From a virus (taxonomy: Duplodnaviria; Caudoviricetes): a stretch of 51,052 nucleotides of DNA. The DNA lies in IMG/VR virus record IMGVR_UViG_3300024520_000105, positions 1 through 51,052 of that record; one strand, written 5' to 3'. The translations under genes were made by a program, and so were the position numbers. The stretch's first letter is position 1; each line of letters starts with the position of its first letter. A model generated the notes under the pieces. It did not search any database. It was not told where the DNA came from and worked only from the letters and a program-made list of their open reading frames with translations. Shown here in pieces: positions 8,037 to 16,688 of the stretch.

Positions 8037-10237
8037 ACTTGGCCTCCACCAGCTACTGCGCCACGCTGGGCCGCTATCTCGTTACCCACTACTTCACCCG
8101 TAGTCTCGTTGCCACTAGGCTGGGCGGGGGTTCCCTGTGGCAGAATGGATGGGGCAGAGTCCTGCAGGAACTTAGTCTGCTGTATCGCCTTCTTGAGCCG
8201 TGGCAGCCATGGAACCTCACTCTCTACGCCATTGTATGAAATCAACTCGCCCGTAAGCTCATGCATCATAACGTCCAAGTCATCGTTGGCATTGACCTGC
8301 GGTATCTCTGCCTCATTGGCCTTCATGCCCTCAATCATACGCCTAGCCTTGACCTCTGTAGCCTCTGAGTTGTCTGGCTTGATAAGGTCGTCAGACTCCC
8401 AGTGCAGCACATCGTCAAAGACCCGTTTGGCCACGTTGCGAAGGTTCAACACTGGATTGAGTATTGGCAATAGGTTCTGGGCGGCAAACGTAAGGTTCTG
8501 CCTGTCCATGATGTTCTGCTCAAAGTCTTGGACCAGCGTAATCTCTATGTCAAAGTCCCCATATAATTCTGTGGGGTTAATTTGTGTTTGTACTTGCTGG
8601 TCCGAGATTCGTATAATCTGGTCTTCCTTGCCGTAGATATGCCACAAGCGGATTTCCTTCTTAACCTGCCACGATAGCCACTGGTCTAGGATGTAGCGGA
8701 ATATCATCAGGTGAGGGCGAGCAGCAGCGTTGTTCACGTTCTCAGCCTCAGACGCACTTGTACGTCCGCCAAGCGGTGCACCCAATACTGTCTGCGTAGT
8801 TCCGGCTGTCTCGTTGCTGTCGTTCTCAAGGAAGGCCAGTATGTTGGCATTGTCAGAAACAGGACTTAGCTCAAACTCGCTAATGTCCTTAGACGGGTCG
8901 TTGCACTCATAGATTACGTCAGGGCCAAAGGTAAAGTTCTCAGTCTCTACGCCAGCATTCGTCACCCAGACCTCACCCTTCTTAACCTTCAGCGGGCGGT
9001 TATTGTTCACGGTTCTACGGTCTAGCCCCTGCTGCTTGGTAGTGGTCTGCTCGTTGATGTTGCCCCTAAGTATCTGCGCTAGACATGGGCCATAGAGCTT
9101 ATCGTTGTCTATGGGGAAGTTTCGCACCATCTTGTATGGGTACTCATCGTCAGGGTCTTTGTTGCGCTGGATGCGGACTACTAGGCCATTAGTAGGCTCT
9201 TGGTCGCTGATGATAGTGACCCAATACTTCTTAAGCTCATTCTTCTCTTCATCCCAACGCTTGCCCTTGGATTTAGTCTCGTCTATGGGCAATAGGGCCA
9301 TAGCCTGAAACTCTAGGAACTTGCCCTTGCGTGTCTTATCGGTGTTAGAGTCATAGGTGCTATTGTCTTCCTCGCTCTCTGTGCGTACATCGTCACCACC
9401 ACGGTAGAGGAGCGTAGTGTTTAGCTCGTCTACGTTCATATACAGGCCACGCCTAGCTGCGTCTCTTAGCTCTGTGATTCCCGTCTCTGACTTGACTACG
9501 ATGCAGTTCTGCTCTTGGATGGTCGGTATGTTCTGGTCAGCATAGAAGTTCCAGTTGGATATGGTGCCCCAATCTGGGCGATTCTCTTTGAGGACGCGCC
9601 TACGCTCTAATACGGTCTTGCCAGACTTGCCTACGGGCCAACGGTCCAGTACCTCGGCTGTCTCTTTCTTCCAATGAGAATACATAGGGACGTTGCCATA
9701 GGTGAATATCTCATGGGCGAATGCTATGGACTTTGAACCAAAGGACGACTGCTGGCGGGTCCACCTAGCCAGAGCCTGATGCTGGTCGGCCATCTCGTCG
9801 GCCTGCTCGCCACTACCCCACACCGCAGGATTCCACCTAGACTTAATCTTGTATGGGTCTTTCTTAGAAGTGAGAACGTCAATGAACATACCAGCCAAAG
9901 CCCTGACCTGACGCCAAAGGATAGTAGACCCAACCTTCTGGGTCTTGGTCTTGGTCATGTTGTCGTCAGAGTTGCGGTCTGTACGCCCACGCTCTATCTC
10001 ATGCTGGGCCTCGTTCTGGTTGGCCTTGAGGGACGCATCAGCCATCTTCCAGATTTCTTCAAGCTCGCTGCTTCTATCGCTCTTGAACTTCTGGTACTGG
10101 GTATCGACGTAGGCTAGGCACTCTTTTACCAAGTCTTCGTCGTCGGCCAGGTTGGGGGGATTGTAAGCGTCTTCGGTGTTCTTTATGACTTTGGGTTCAG
10201 TATCTGCGATAAAGGTGTCTAGGTCTTGGTCGGCCAT
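8033..10237 (-). CDS. Portal protein (P22-like)
   Basis: 734 aa; NFYADQ, LYGPCLAQ and RTSASE motifs; position. Confidence 0.85.
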   Translation of the reverse strand: MADQDLDTFIADTEPKVIKNTEDAYNPPNLADDEDLVKECLAYVDTQYQKFKSDRSSELEEIWKMADASLKANQNEAQHEIERGRTDRNSDDNMTKTKTQKVGSTILWRQVRALAGMFIDVLTSKKDPYKIKSRWNPAVWGSGEQADEMADQHQALARWTRQQSSFGSKSIAFAHEIFTYGNVPMYSHWKKETAEVLDRWPVGKSGKTVLERRRVLKENRPDWGTISNWNFYADQNIPTIQEQNCIVVKSETGITELRDAARRGLYMNVDELNTTLLYRGGDDVRTESEEDNSTYDSNTDKTRKGKFLEFQAMALLPIDETKSKGKRWDEEKNELKKYWVTIISDQEPTNGLVVRIQRNKDPDDEYPYKMVRNFPIDNDKLYGPCLAQILRGNINEQTTTKQQGLDRRTVNNNRPLKVKKGEVWVTNAGVETENFTFGPDVIYECNDPSKDISEFELSPVSDNANILAFLENDSNETAGTTQTVLGAPLGGRTSASEAENVNNAAARPHLMIFRYILDQWLSWQVKKEIRLWHIYGKEDQIIRISDQQVQTQINPTELYGDFDIEITLVQDFEQNIMDRQNLTFAAQNLLPILNPVLNLRNVAKRVFDDVLHWESDDLIKPDNSEATEVKARRMIEGMKANEAEIPQVNANDDLDVMMHELTGELISYNGVESEVPWLPRLKKAIQQTKFLQDSAPSILPQGTPAQPSGNETTGEVVGNEIAAQRGAVAGGGQV

Positions 10238-10249
10238 TCTTATTCTCGC

Positions 10250-10567
10250 TTAAAGTTTTACGCCACACAAACTAGCCACATGATTCTGAGCTTGCGCTAT
10301 CATGCGCTTTAATCTGCGCCTATACTTAATCTGGCTAGGTCCACTAATCAAAGAGAGCGTCATGCTGTCTGCATTGGGCGATGTTATCTTGGCCCTAAAA
10401 TGCTTTCCTTTGTGCCGCTCTAGGTCTTGCATCGCCTTATTGCCTATGGCCTCTATCTGTTCGACTATGGGCTTGGACGTGTCTATTTCGGCATACTGAG
10501 CGTAGTTGGCCCCCTCGGTGGCGTTGTTGATTTCTGCAATCTCAATAACAATGTTCTCGTCGGCCAT
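10250..10567 (-). CDS. Hypothetical protein
   Basis: ORF track; in operon. Confidence 0.6.
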   Translation of the reverse strand: MADENIVIEIAEINNATEGANYAQYAEIDTSKPIVEQIEAIGNKAMQDLERHKGKHFRAKITSPNADSMTLSLISGPSQIKYRRRLKRMIAQAQNHVASLCGVKL

Positions 10568-10578
10568 GTTATCCCCAC

Positions 10579-10613
10579 AAAAAAAGAGCAGCCACCCGTT
10601 AAGGCAACTGCTC
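10579..10613 (-). terminator. Intrinsic terminator ahead of the head genes
   Basis: gagcagttgcc-ttaacg-ggtggctgctc-ttttttt on the minus strand. Confidence 0.75.
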
Positions 10614-10638
10614 CCGTTATATATTCGGTCAGAGCGAG

Positions 10639-10791
10639 TTATTCGTATGTCTTAGATGAATGGGCTTTTCGTACCTTGCCCCCAGAAACGACTATCTTTA
10701 GCTCCCCTTTACCGTGAGACTCTAATTTCTGCAGTATCCTTAGCACATCTTCGTGCGTCAGACCACTACATTTTGTATCGTGATTAGACAT
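10639..10791 (-). CDS. 50 aa DUF2292/YezD-like small protein
   Basis: Hand translation MSNHDTKCSGLTHEDVLRILQKLESHGKGELKIVVSGGKVRKAHSSKTYE. Confidence 0.55.
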   Translation of the reverse strand: MSNHDTKCSGLTHEDVLRILQKLESHGKGELKIVVSGGKVRKAHSSKTYE

Positions 10792-10827
10792 TACACTATA
10801 TCCTGTGGTGTAGTCAAACCTTTTTTC

Positions 10828-11490
10828 TCATTTTTTAGAATTTGGGTCTAGGTATCCTGCTATCTGCAGGTTTATACCGCTACCCTCCCACAACTCATTC
10901 TGCTGGCGGGCGTCCCATTCAGGCCCATAGTCATACCCATAGCGTATAGTCTCTCTGCCGCTATAGGCTGTTATGCCCTGTATGTCTATACCACGCTCTT
11001 TGGCGATGCCCCATAGGTATAGCATACCCATACGCTGTCTACGGTGCTTCAGGTCAAGCATATCGCAGCCTACTAGATGTATACTCTCATAACCCTCGTA
11101 TATGGCCTGAGCGAGCAAGTATGGGGGTGTACCACCCCAGAAGTCTAACCCTGTATAGGCTTCTATAGCCTTTGTGCCAAGCTCCTCTTCTATTTGGGCC
11201 AAAGGATAGGCCTCGCTGTTGGTTATTTGCTCTGATTGCTCCTGTAGGACGATTCTAACCCCCTGAGAGCCTAGCCAGCTTAGTTGGTCTAGGTGTTTTA
11301 CCCCGTCTATCTCGCTTACTAGGTCTTTGCGCTTGTCTAATTGGTGCATTTCATAGATTCGGGAGATTCGATTGGCCCATGGCAGGCTCCTGAACAGGTC
11401 CCAGCATGAGTTCATAGACCAGAACTCCCCCTCACCAGCGTATGGCAGCTTGAGAGAGGGGCCAAAAGACATGATTGTGACGGCTTTCAA
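10828..11490 (-). CDS. DUF115/Maf-like (MptE-like) putative glycosyltransferase
   Basis: GTPPYLLAQAIYEGYESIHLVGCDM and RIYEMH motifs; probable TTG start at 11490. Confidence 0.55.
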   Translation of the reverse strand: MKAVTIMSFGPSLKLPYAGEGEFWSMNSCWDLFRSLPWANRISRIYEMHQLDKRKDLVSEIDGVKHLDQLSWLGSQGVRIVLQEQSEQITNSEAYPLAQIEEELGTKAIEAYTGLDFWGGTPPYLLAQAIYEGYESIHLVGCDMLDLKHRRQRMGMLYLWGIAKERGIDIQGITAYSGRETIRYGYDYGPEWDARQQNELWEGSGINLQIAGYLDPNSKK

Positions 11491-12119
11491 GCCAGCACCC
11501 CCACAATGCTCTTCCTGCTGCATATCCCAAACAGCACACCAGCTATCCTGAACTTGAATATATCGTCCCTACGGTTAAACACCACATTATCGCCTATACC
11601 GCAGTCTCTTGGCTCCATAGGCCCTACAGCCACTATATTGCCCGTATTGATGTCAAACTCAGCATTCCAGTCCGTGAGCCTAACCCCCTCATCGAACTCC
11701 TGCCAGTCTAGCTTCAATACCACCATGTCATCTAAGGGCAATATCTTGCCGCCTCGCATTATGAAGGGCGGGCATATCCGCTCACGGCAGAACCAATACT
11801 CCATAGCCCTATCGCCTAATGGCTGTAGGTTCTGTAGGTCCTGCTCTGGCACCCATATAGTCTCACCATCTGCCCAATTACGTTGGCGGGCGCACATATC
11901 CTTGGTGAACTGCTTACACCCATCCCCTATGTCTATGAGTTCGCAGAAGTTGGTCTTTTCATGGTAATTGGCGGGCAATTCTAAGACTTTACCCCCACCA
12001 AGGTCTATTCCCCTAGTCCCATCGCCCAAATCGTCCGCCTGGCCACACTTCCTGACTATCATGCGGTCTTTTATCAGGTATATGCGGCTTATATAGTCTT
12101 CAGTCTCTTGCTGATTCAT
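11487..12119 (-). CDS. GroES-like co-chaperonin, apparently two tandem domains
   Basis: IKDRMIVRK and ILPLDDMVVLK...GNIVAVGP...IGDNVVF. Confidence 0.65.
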   Translation of the reverse strand: MNQQETEDYISRIYLIKDRMIVRKCGQADDLGDGTRGIDLGGGKVLELPANYHEKTNFCELIDIGDGCKQFTKDMCARQRNWADGETIWVPEQDLQNLQPLGDRAMEYWFCRERICPPFIMRGGKILPLDDMVVLKLDWQEFDEGVRLTDWNAEFDINTGNIVAVGPMEPRDCGIGDNVVFNRRDDIFKFRIAGVLFGICSRKSIVGVLA

Positions 12120-12270
12120 CCTTAGCCCTTTCTTCTGGATACCGACCTATCCACTCTTTGAACGCCTCCCTGTGCAACTTCACAGAATCGTCCGTAATCA
12201 CCCCATCAACAAACTCTTTCTCATACTTGAGAATAAGCTGCCCTATGATTTTACTCGCAAACACACTCAT
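12100..12270 (-). CDS. 56 aa hypothetical protein
   Basis: Hand translation MSVFASKIIGQLILKYEKEF...; coupled to terL and the GroES-like gene. Confidence 0.5.
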   Translation of the reverse strand: MSVFASKIIGQLILKYEKEFVDGVITDDSVKLHREAFKEWIGRYPEERAKDESARD

Positions 12271-14135
12271 CAATAACTCCTATAGCCCATATTGGGGCTT
12301 TTCTTGCGCTTCTTAGGTATGTCTGTAGCCGCCCAATAGTCTTTGGGGTTGTGTCGCACCTCTCTACCTCCTCTTTTGCCCAGATTGCCCACCCATCTCA
12401 AAGGTATCATAGCCCCATACCCCCATCCCGTCATGGCATGATTATCCTTGTCTCTAGGCTTCTCTGTAGCGTTCTTGTTGTCTATACGTCCCTTTTGCTC
12501 CTCATACACCCACCCCTCTACCTCTCTATATATGGGGCGATTGCATGGTAAATCAAAGATATACGTGTGGGGCGCACCCATCTGGCCCGTTACAGGGTGC
12601 TTGTGGTTAGGGTCTATCAGCAACTGCTGGTTTATCAGGGGCACCCAATGGTCAGTGAAGTTGCCCTTAGCCTTGGTCAGCCTATCCAGCCCAGCCCACT
12701 TATACACCTGCCCCAATGGGACCTGGTTGGAATCAGTATTAGTGCTAAACGACCTACTGTCCATAGCCGTCTTCCACACATACTCCCGCTCGGTAACCTC
12801 CCTATACCTTGGCAGCATCATACCGCTACGCTCGTCATGGTAGTTATCCAGCAATTCACGCCTATTGCCGCTAAGCTTGATTATCTCAGCCACATTCTCA
12901 TTTACGGTGCGTCCTCTAGTATACATGCACCGATAGATGAATACGTTAAGGTCTGGGTCTACAGAGAACCATAGGCAGCATGTGGGGTTATTGGTTCCAT
13001 GGTCTATGGACCTGTATAGCGTGTGATTATCGGGCGGGAACTCCCATAGCGGTGTAATCCAATGGACTGCAGGGTTCCACTCGTCCAATACCAGCCCACT
13101 CGTTACATGCCATTCCCCATAGAGCCTAGCCCTGCCCTCGGCTATACGCTTCCTGTCGTCATTCTCTATAGGCTCAGTCTCCCACTTGACCACTTCCTTG
13201 GCCTTCTCGGTATCAGGGTATATCCAGTCAGGCACGTCAAAGATGTCACCGCTCGTATAGGCCCTGACCGTATGGCCCTTAGTCACTTTGCCCGTAAGGA
13301 ATGGGCGTAACCATCCACCACCGCCAGTATCTGGCCTGCCATCTACCTTATGGGGCGTAGCTGCGAAGATATGCTTGCCCTTAGTCGTTCTCGTACCACG
13401 GTCTGCCCCATCAAACTTAGCCTCTACCCCCTGCTCATCCCACAGCCACTTATGTAAAGCCCCACCCTCATAGTTGCCTTGGTCCATCTCATAGGTGTAA
13501 AAGCCCAACGTAGACTTGCTCTTAGCCATCGTAATCGTTCTATCATGGCCCCAACTAGGCATGGATTTACCCTTTTTGCCCTTATAGGTCCTACCATATA
13601 TGCCCAATTCCTCGTCAGGCGTCCACTTCTTAACCAAATCCAGCCAGATAGGGTCTTCTAGCTTGGCCTGGTTGTAAGTGCTCACACCACACGATATAGG
13701 CCCCCTAAACGGCCTGTACTCTATGCCATGCTCTGTATACACCTCCCACGTAGGGTCTGTGACTAGCATGGGCGGGTCATCCAAGAACATCTTGACCACG
13801 GCACTTGTGGTCTTGCCAATACGGTTGCTATCGACCTCTGCCACAGCAGTAGCCTCATCGTCATTGATAAAGTCCTCTTGCTCCTTTGAGTTAGGGGCAT
13901 AGAATCTCAATGGGTTCCTTAGCTGTATCTGCTCTAGGGCAATGACATCGGCTGCGGTTTGGGGGTTGTCCTTTAGGTACTGTTGCGAATAGGTCAATAC
14001 GGTGCGGCCCAGAATAAGCCGCATACGGGCGGGGTCATTGATTAGCTTGACTAAATCCTCATTGCGCCTGTATTCGTCGTTATCGACCTCAGACACCTTG
14101 CCATCAGCGATTATAGTGTACTTAAAGGGATTCAT
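12270..14135 (-). CDS. terL: Terminase large subunit
   Basis: Walker A SNRIGKT, Walker B WLWDE, coupling motif AATP, nuclease SIDHG...NPT. Confidence 0.9.
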   Translation of the reverse strand: MNPFKYTIIADGKVSEVDNDEYRRNEDLVKLINDPARMRLILGRTVLTYSQQYLKDNPQTAADVIALEQIQLRNPLRFYAPNSKEQEDFINDDEATAVAEVDSNRIGKTTSAVVKMFLDDPPMLVTDPTWEVYTEHGIEYRPFRGPISCGVSTYNQAKLEDPIWLDLVKKWTPDEELGIYGRTYKGKKGKSMPSWGHDRTITMAKSKSTLGFYTYEMDQGNYEGGALHKWLWDEQGVEAKFDGADRGTRTTKGKHIFAATPHKVDGRPDTGGGGWLRPFLTGKVTKGHTVRAYTSGDIFDVPDWIYPDTEKAKEVVKWETEPIENDDRKRIAEGRARLYGEWHVTSGLVLDEWNPAVHWITPLWEFPPDNHTLYRSIDHGTNNPTCCLWFSVDPDLNVFIYRCMYTRGRTVNENVAEIIKLSGNRRELLDNYHDERSGMMLPRYREVTEREYVWKTAMDSRSFSTNTDSNQVPLGQVYKWAGLDRLTKAKGNFTDHWVPLINQQLLIDPNHKHPVTGQMGAPHTYIFDLPCNRPIYREVEGWVYEEQKGRIDNKNATEKPRDKDNHAMTGWGYGAMIPLRWVGNLGKRGGREVRHNPKDYWAATDIPKKRKKSPNMGYRSY

Positions 14136-14335
14136 TCACCCGCCATATACTCTCGCTCAGCATCCTCATCCATGAGCGAATTACGCACCACTCGCCCCTT
14201 GATATGCTCTAATACCCCCACAACATCAATAACGGTCAAGTCAGCCTCTTTCTCCCACCGACAACACGTATTCATCACTGAGTTGTAGAACTGCTCCACA
14301 GGCTTCATGGTCGGTACATCCATCTCATCACTCAT
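14132..14335 (-). CDS. Hypothetical protein
   Basis: ORF track; ATGA coupling. Confidence 0.6.
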   Translation of the reverse strand: MSDEMDVPTMKPVEQFYNSVMNTCCRWEKEADLTVIDVVGVLEHIKGRVVRNSLMDEDAEREYMAGE

Positions 14336-14426
14336 GCCAATCTCCCACTAATGCTACCCAAAACATCGCCCCAACCAGAATAACACTCACTATCGCCCCT
14401 ATCCACTTGAACGTCTCAATTATCAT
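14328..14426 (-). CDS. 32 aa single-TM protein
   Basis: MIIETFKWIGAIVSVILVGAMFWVALVGDWHE. Confidence 0.5.
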   Translation of the reverse strand: MIIETFKWIGAIVSVILVGAMFWVALVGDWHE

Positions 14427-14548
14427 AAATCCCCCGTAACCTTAGCATATACCCACATAACCCCAAATATCGCCCACACAACCACCTTCAATATCCCAGT
14501 CAATACAGCACATAAACAACTTATCACCAATAAGGCCACCCACCTCAA
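14423..14548 (-). CDS. 41 aa hydrophobic protein
   Basis: TTG start, GGAG RBS; RWVALLVISCLCAVLTGILKVVVWAIFGVMWVYAK. Confidence 0.45.
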   Translation of the reverse strand: MRWVALLVISCLCAVLTGILKVVVWAIFGVMWVYAKVTGDL

Positions 14549-14556
14549 TGCTCCCC

Positions 14557-14691
14557 TCACAGGGCCAGCCTATCCAAATAATGACACGTAGCCCATATAC
14601 CACCAATAACCACGGCAAGGCATATAGCCAGTATGAGCCATTGGATTAAGCCCCTGAATAAATGGCCTGTGTCTAGCGGGGGGCGGTTCAT
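14557..14691 (-). CDS. 44 aa single-TM protein
   Basis: MNRPPLDTGHLFRGLIQWLILAICLAVVIGGIWATCHYLDRLAL. Confidence 0.5.
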   Translation of the reverse strand: MNRPPLDTGHLFRGLIQWLILAICLAVVIGGIWATCHYLDRLAL

Positions 14692-15149
14692 GCTACCACC
14701 TCTTTCTTGTGTACCTCAGAGTGGTGTTGCGGGCAGAGCCACCGCACCTCTAGGGGCTTAGAATAATCGTCGTGGTGGGCATGTGTAAACAACCATCCAC
14801 ACACCTCACAAGGCTGACGCCACAGCTTGCTGCTCTCTACTGCCCGTCTAACCGCAGCGTGCGCCTTGTGCCTTTCTGGGCATTCTTCCCTGCGCTTACG
14901 GTTATGCTCGTTTATCTCTGGCAGGTGTTCTTTCGTGTATTTGCGCTTTCTAGCAGCCTCATATTCGGCATTGTCTGCCCTGTACTGCTTAAACCGCTCA
15001 GACTCCCGCTCCTTGTTCTTGCTGCGCCAAGTCTTGAACCGCTTGCTGCAGCACTCTTTGCACTGACAGAACAGCCCGTCCTTGTATCGCTTACCCTTGC
15101 TGAACATCGACTCGTCTTTCTCTGCGCCACATTTACTGCACTTCTTCAT
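14688..15149 (-). CDS. Zn-finger/HNH-like endonuclease
   Basis: CSKC...CKEC; HAHHDDYSKPLEVRWLCPQHH. Confidence 0.8.
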   Translation of the reverse strand: MKKCSKCGAEKDESMFSKGKRYKDGLFCQCKECCSKRFKTWRSKNKERESERFKQYRADNAEYEAARKRKYTKEHLPEINEHNRKRREECPERHKAHAAVRRAVESSKLWRQPCEVCGWLFTHAHHDDYSKPLEVRWLCPQHHSEVHKKEVVA

Positions 15150-15160
15150 GCCGCCTCCTA

Positions 15161-15409
15161 TTAGTGTTGTATCTTAGTAATAGAAACGGGCGGCGCAGGC
15201 GGTTTCTTAGATTCTGTCTTGGATTGAGGGGTACACGGACAGCAGCAGCAGCCCAACATAGTCTCAGCACTGCTTATGCTTCTAGGTGGCGGGGGCGGGG
15301 CTTCTCTGCCCTCTGGCGGGGCTACAAAGCCTTGCTCGTCTGAACCATCACCACTAGCCAATACAGTCCCCGCACATAGCGTGGCTGCTAGTATTCTAGC
15401 TATTTTCAT
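15161..15409 (-). CDS. Small secreted Pro/Cys-rich protein
   Basis: Signal peptide; CCCCPCTPQSKTESKKPPAPP. Confidence 0.65.
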   Translation of the reverse strand: MKIARILAATLCAGTVLASGDGSDEQGFVAPPEGREAPPPPPRSISSAETMLGCCCCPCTPQSKTESKKPPAPPVSITKIQH

Positions 15410-15441
15410 CCTCTATCTCCCTTTACACGCATAATGTATCC

Positions 15442-15717
15442 CTATGGGGCGGGGGTTACGCTAGAACACCCCACGTATTGCACCACAATCTCGCCATCCA
15501 CAACCTTCTCACGGTACTTGGACGAATCATACATATCGCCTATAGCCGTAAACATCGCCGGCGTCAACAGAACTCTCTCATCGCCCTCCATCACAGACGC
15601 ATACTCAACAATGCCCGTACTCTCGTCCCATTTCACGACAACCGTTGGCCCTTCAGTCGGGGGGCTTACAGAATCCCCCACCCCAGAAACAGGCTGATTT
15701 GTTATGGTTCGCATCAC
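15442..15717 (-). CDS. Hypothetical protein
   Basis: ORF track. Confidence 0.55.
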   Translation of the reverse strand: MMRTITNQPVSGVGDSVSPPTEGPTVVVKWDESTGIVEYASVMEGDERVLLTPAMFTAIGDMYDSSKYREKVVDGEIVVQYVGCSSVTPAP

Positions 15718-15863
15718 TTCGCCCCCCTATCAACCTTCTTAACACACCCACACGCACTATACCTCATACACCCACAGTTATCACACTTTATACTAGGCTT
15801 GGCTGTCGTCCAGTTCTCATTACCAGCTCGTATAGCCTTTAAGCCTTTAGATTCATTTGGCAT
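15714..15863 (-). CDS. 49 aa Cys-rich hypothetical protein
   Basis: Hand translation ...KCDNCGCMRYSACGC... Confidence 0.5.
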   Translation of the reverse strand: MPNESKGLKAIRAGNENWTTAKPSIKCDNCGCMRYSACGCVKKVDRGAK

Positions 15864-16065
15864 TGTTATCCCTCGGATGCGTCAAGTAATCCGTGTAGTT
15901 GCTTCTGGGGTCGGGCAATCCGTTCTCGTCACAGAACCTAGCTGCCAAATCAGCTATTGGGGCACAGTCATTGTTTGCACCCATCTTTGTGACCTCATCT
16001 CTAGTAGTAAGCCACGCACAGAACCCATAAACCGCTTCAGAACCAGTCAATACGCTATCCATCAC
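15853..16065 (-). CDS. Conserved phage hypothetical protein
   Basis: LTGSEAVYGFCAWLTTR...FCDENGL. Confidence 0.65.
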   Translation of the reverse strand: MMDSVLTGSEAVYGFCAWLTTRDEVTKMGANNDCAPIADLAARFCDENGLPDPRSNYTDYLTHPRDNNAK

Positions 16066-16205
16066 TTGCCCCCCTTCTTCACCTTCTTCACCCGCTTAGC
16101 ATCGCCCATATGCTTAGCATTTAACCTCACTAGCTCCATAGCCGCTATAGGGTCATAACTAGCCACATACGCCATATAGTCTATCTTGAAGTCAGACTTT
16201 GCCAT
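16062..16205 (-). CDS. 47 aa hypothetical protein
   Basis: Hand translation; coupled on both sides. Confidence 0.45.
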   Translation of the reverse strand: MAKSDFKIDYMAYVASYDPIAAMELVRLNAKHMGDAKRVKKVKKGGK

Positions 16206-16548
16206 TAGATTTACCTTTCTTCACCCATCCACCCACATTAGCCTCTACCTTCCTGTACCCTGACTTCTTTAGGCAGGCAGGGTGGAAGTAGTAGTGAGGG
16301 TCTTCGCTCCTACGGGTGAAAACATTGTAGTCGTCTATGTCGTTAGACTCCCTGCGCTTCTTGAATAATTGCTCATATATCGACAAGGGCAACGACTCCA
16401 TATCAGGCTCATGGCCCCATTCTTTGCATATATCACACTTCTGGTGTGCCGGTTCTCGCTCCAATACCGTCACACGCTCAGCCAGCGCAATATCACTAGC
16501 CCTTAACACAGTCATGGTATTCTTTAGATTCGCCCACCAACATCTCAT
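16192..16548 (-). CDS. Hypothetical Zn-binding protein
   Basis: CDIC...HPAC. Confidence 0.55.
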   Translation of the reverse strand: MRCWWANLKNTMTVLRASDIALAERVTVLEREPAHQKCDICKEWGHEPDMESLPLSIYEQLFKKRRESNDIDDYNVFTRRSEDPHYYFHPACLKKSGYRKVEANVGGWVKKGKSNGKV

Positions 16549-16688
16549 AATCTATACCCCCCAGTATATAACCTACAGTATCTTGTAGCTCACCAACCAC
16601 TATACACCATACCTTGGGGCCAAGTAAAGCCTTTTAGGGAAATCCCCCATATTTTTTGGGGTGTACCACAATATGGCACATTAAGAGT

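Noticed and set aside
45-9308. Many plus-strand ORFs opposite the structural genes (for example 2454..3404 and 5199..5897; likewise 49961..50842)
   Set aside because: They are antisense shadows of long, well-supported minus-strand genes and have no motifs.
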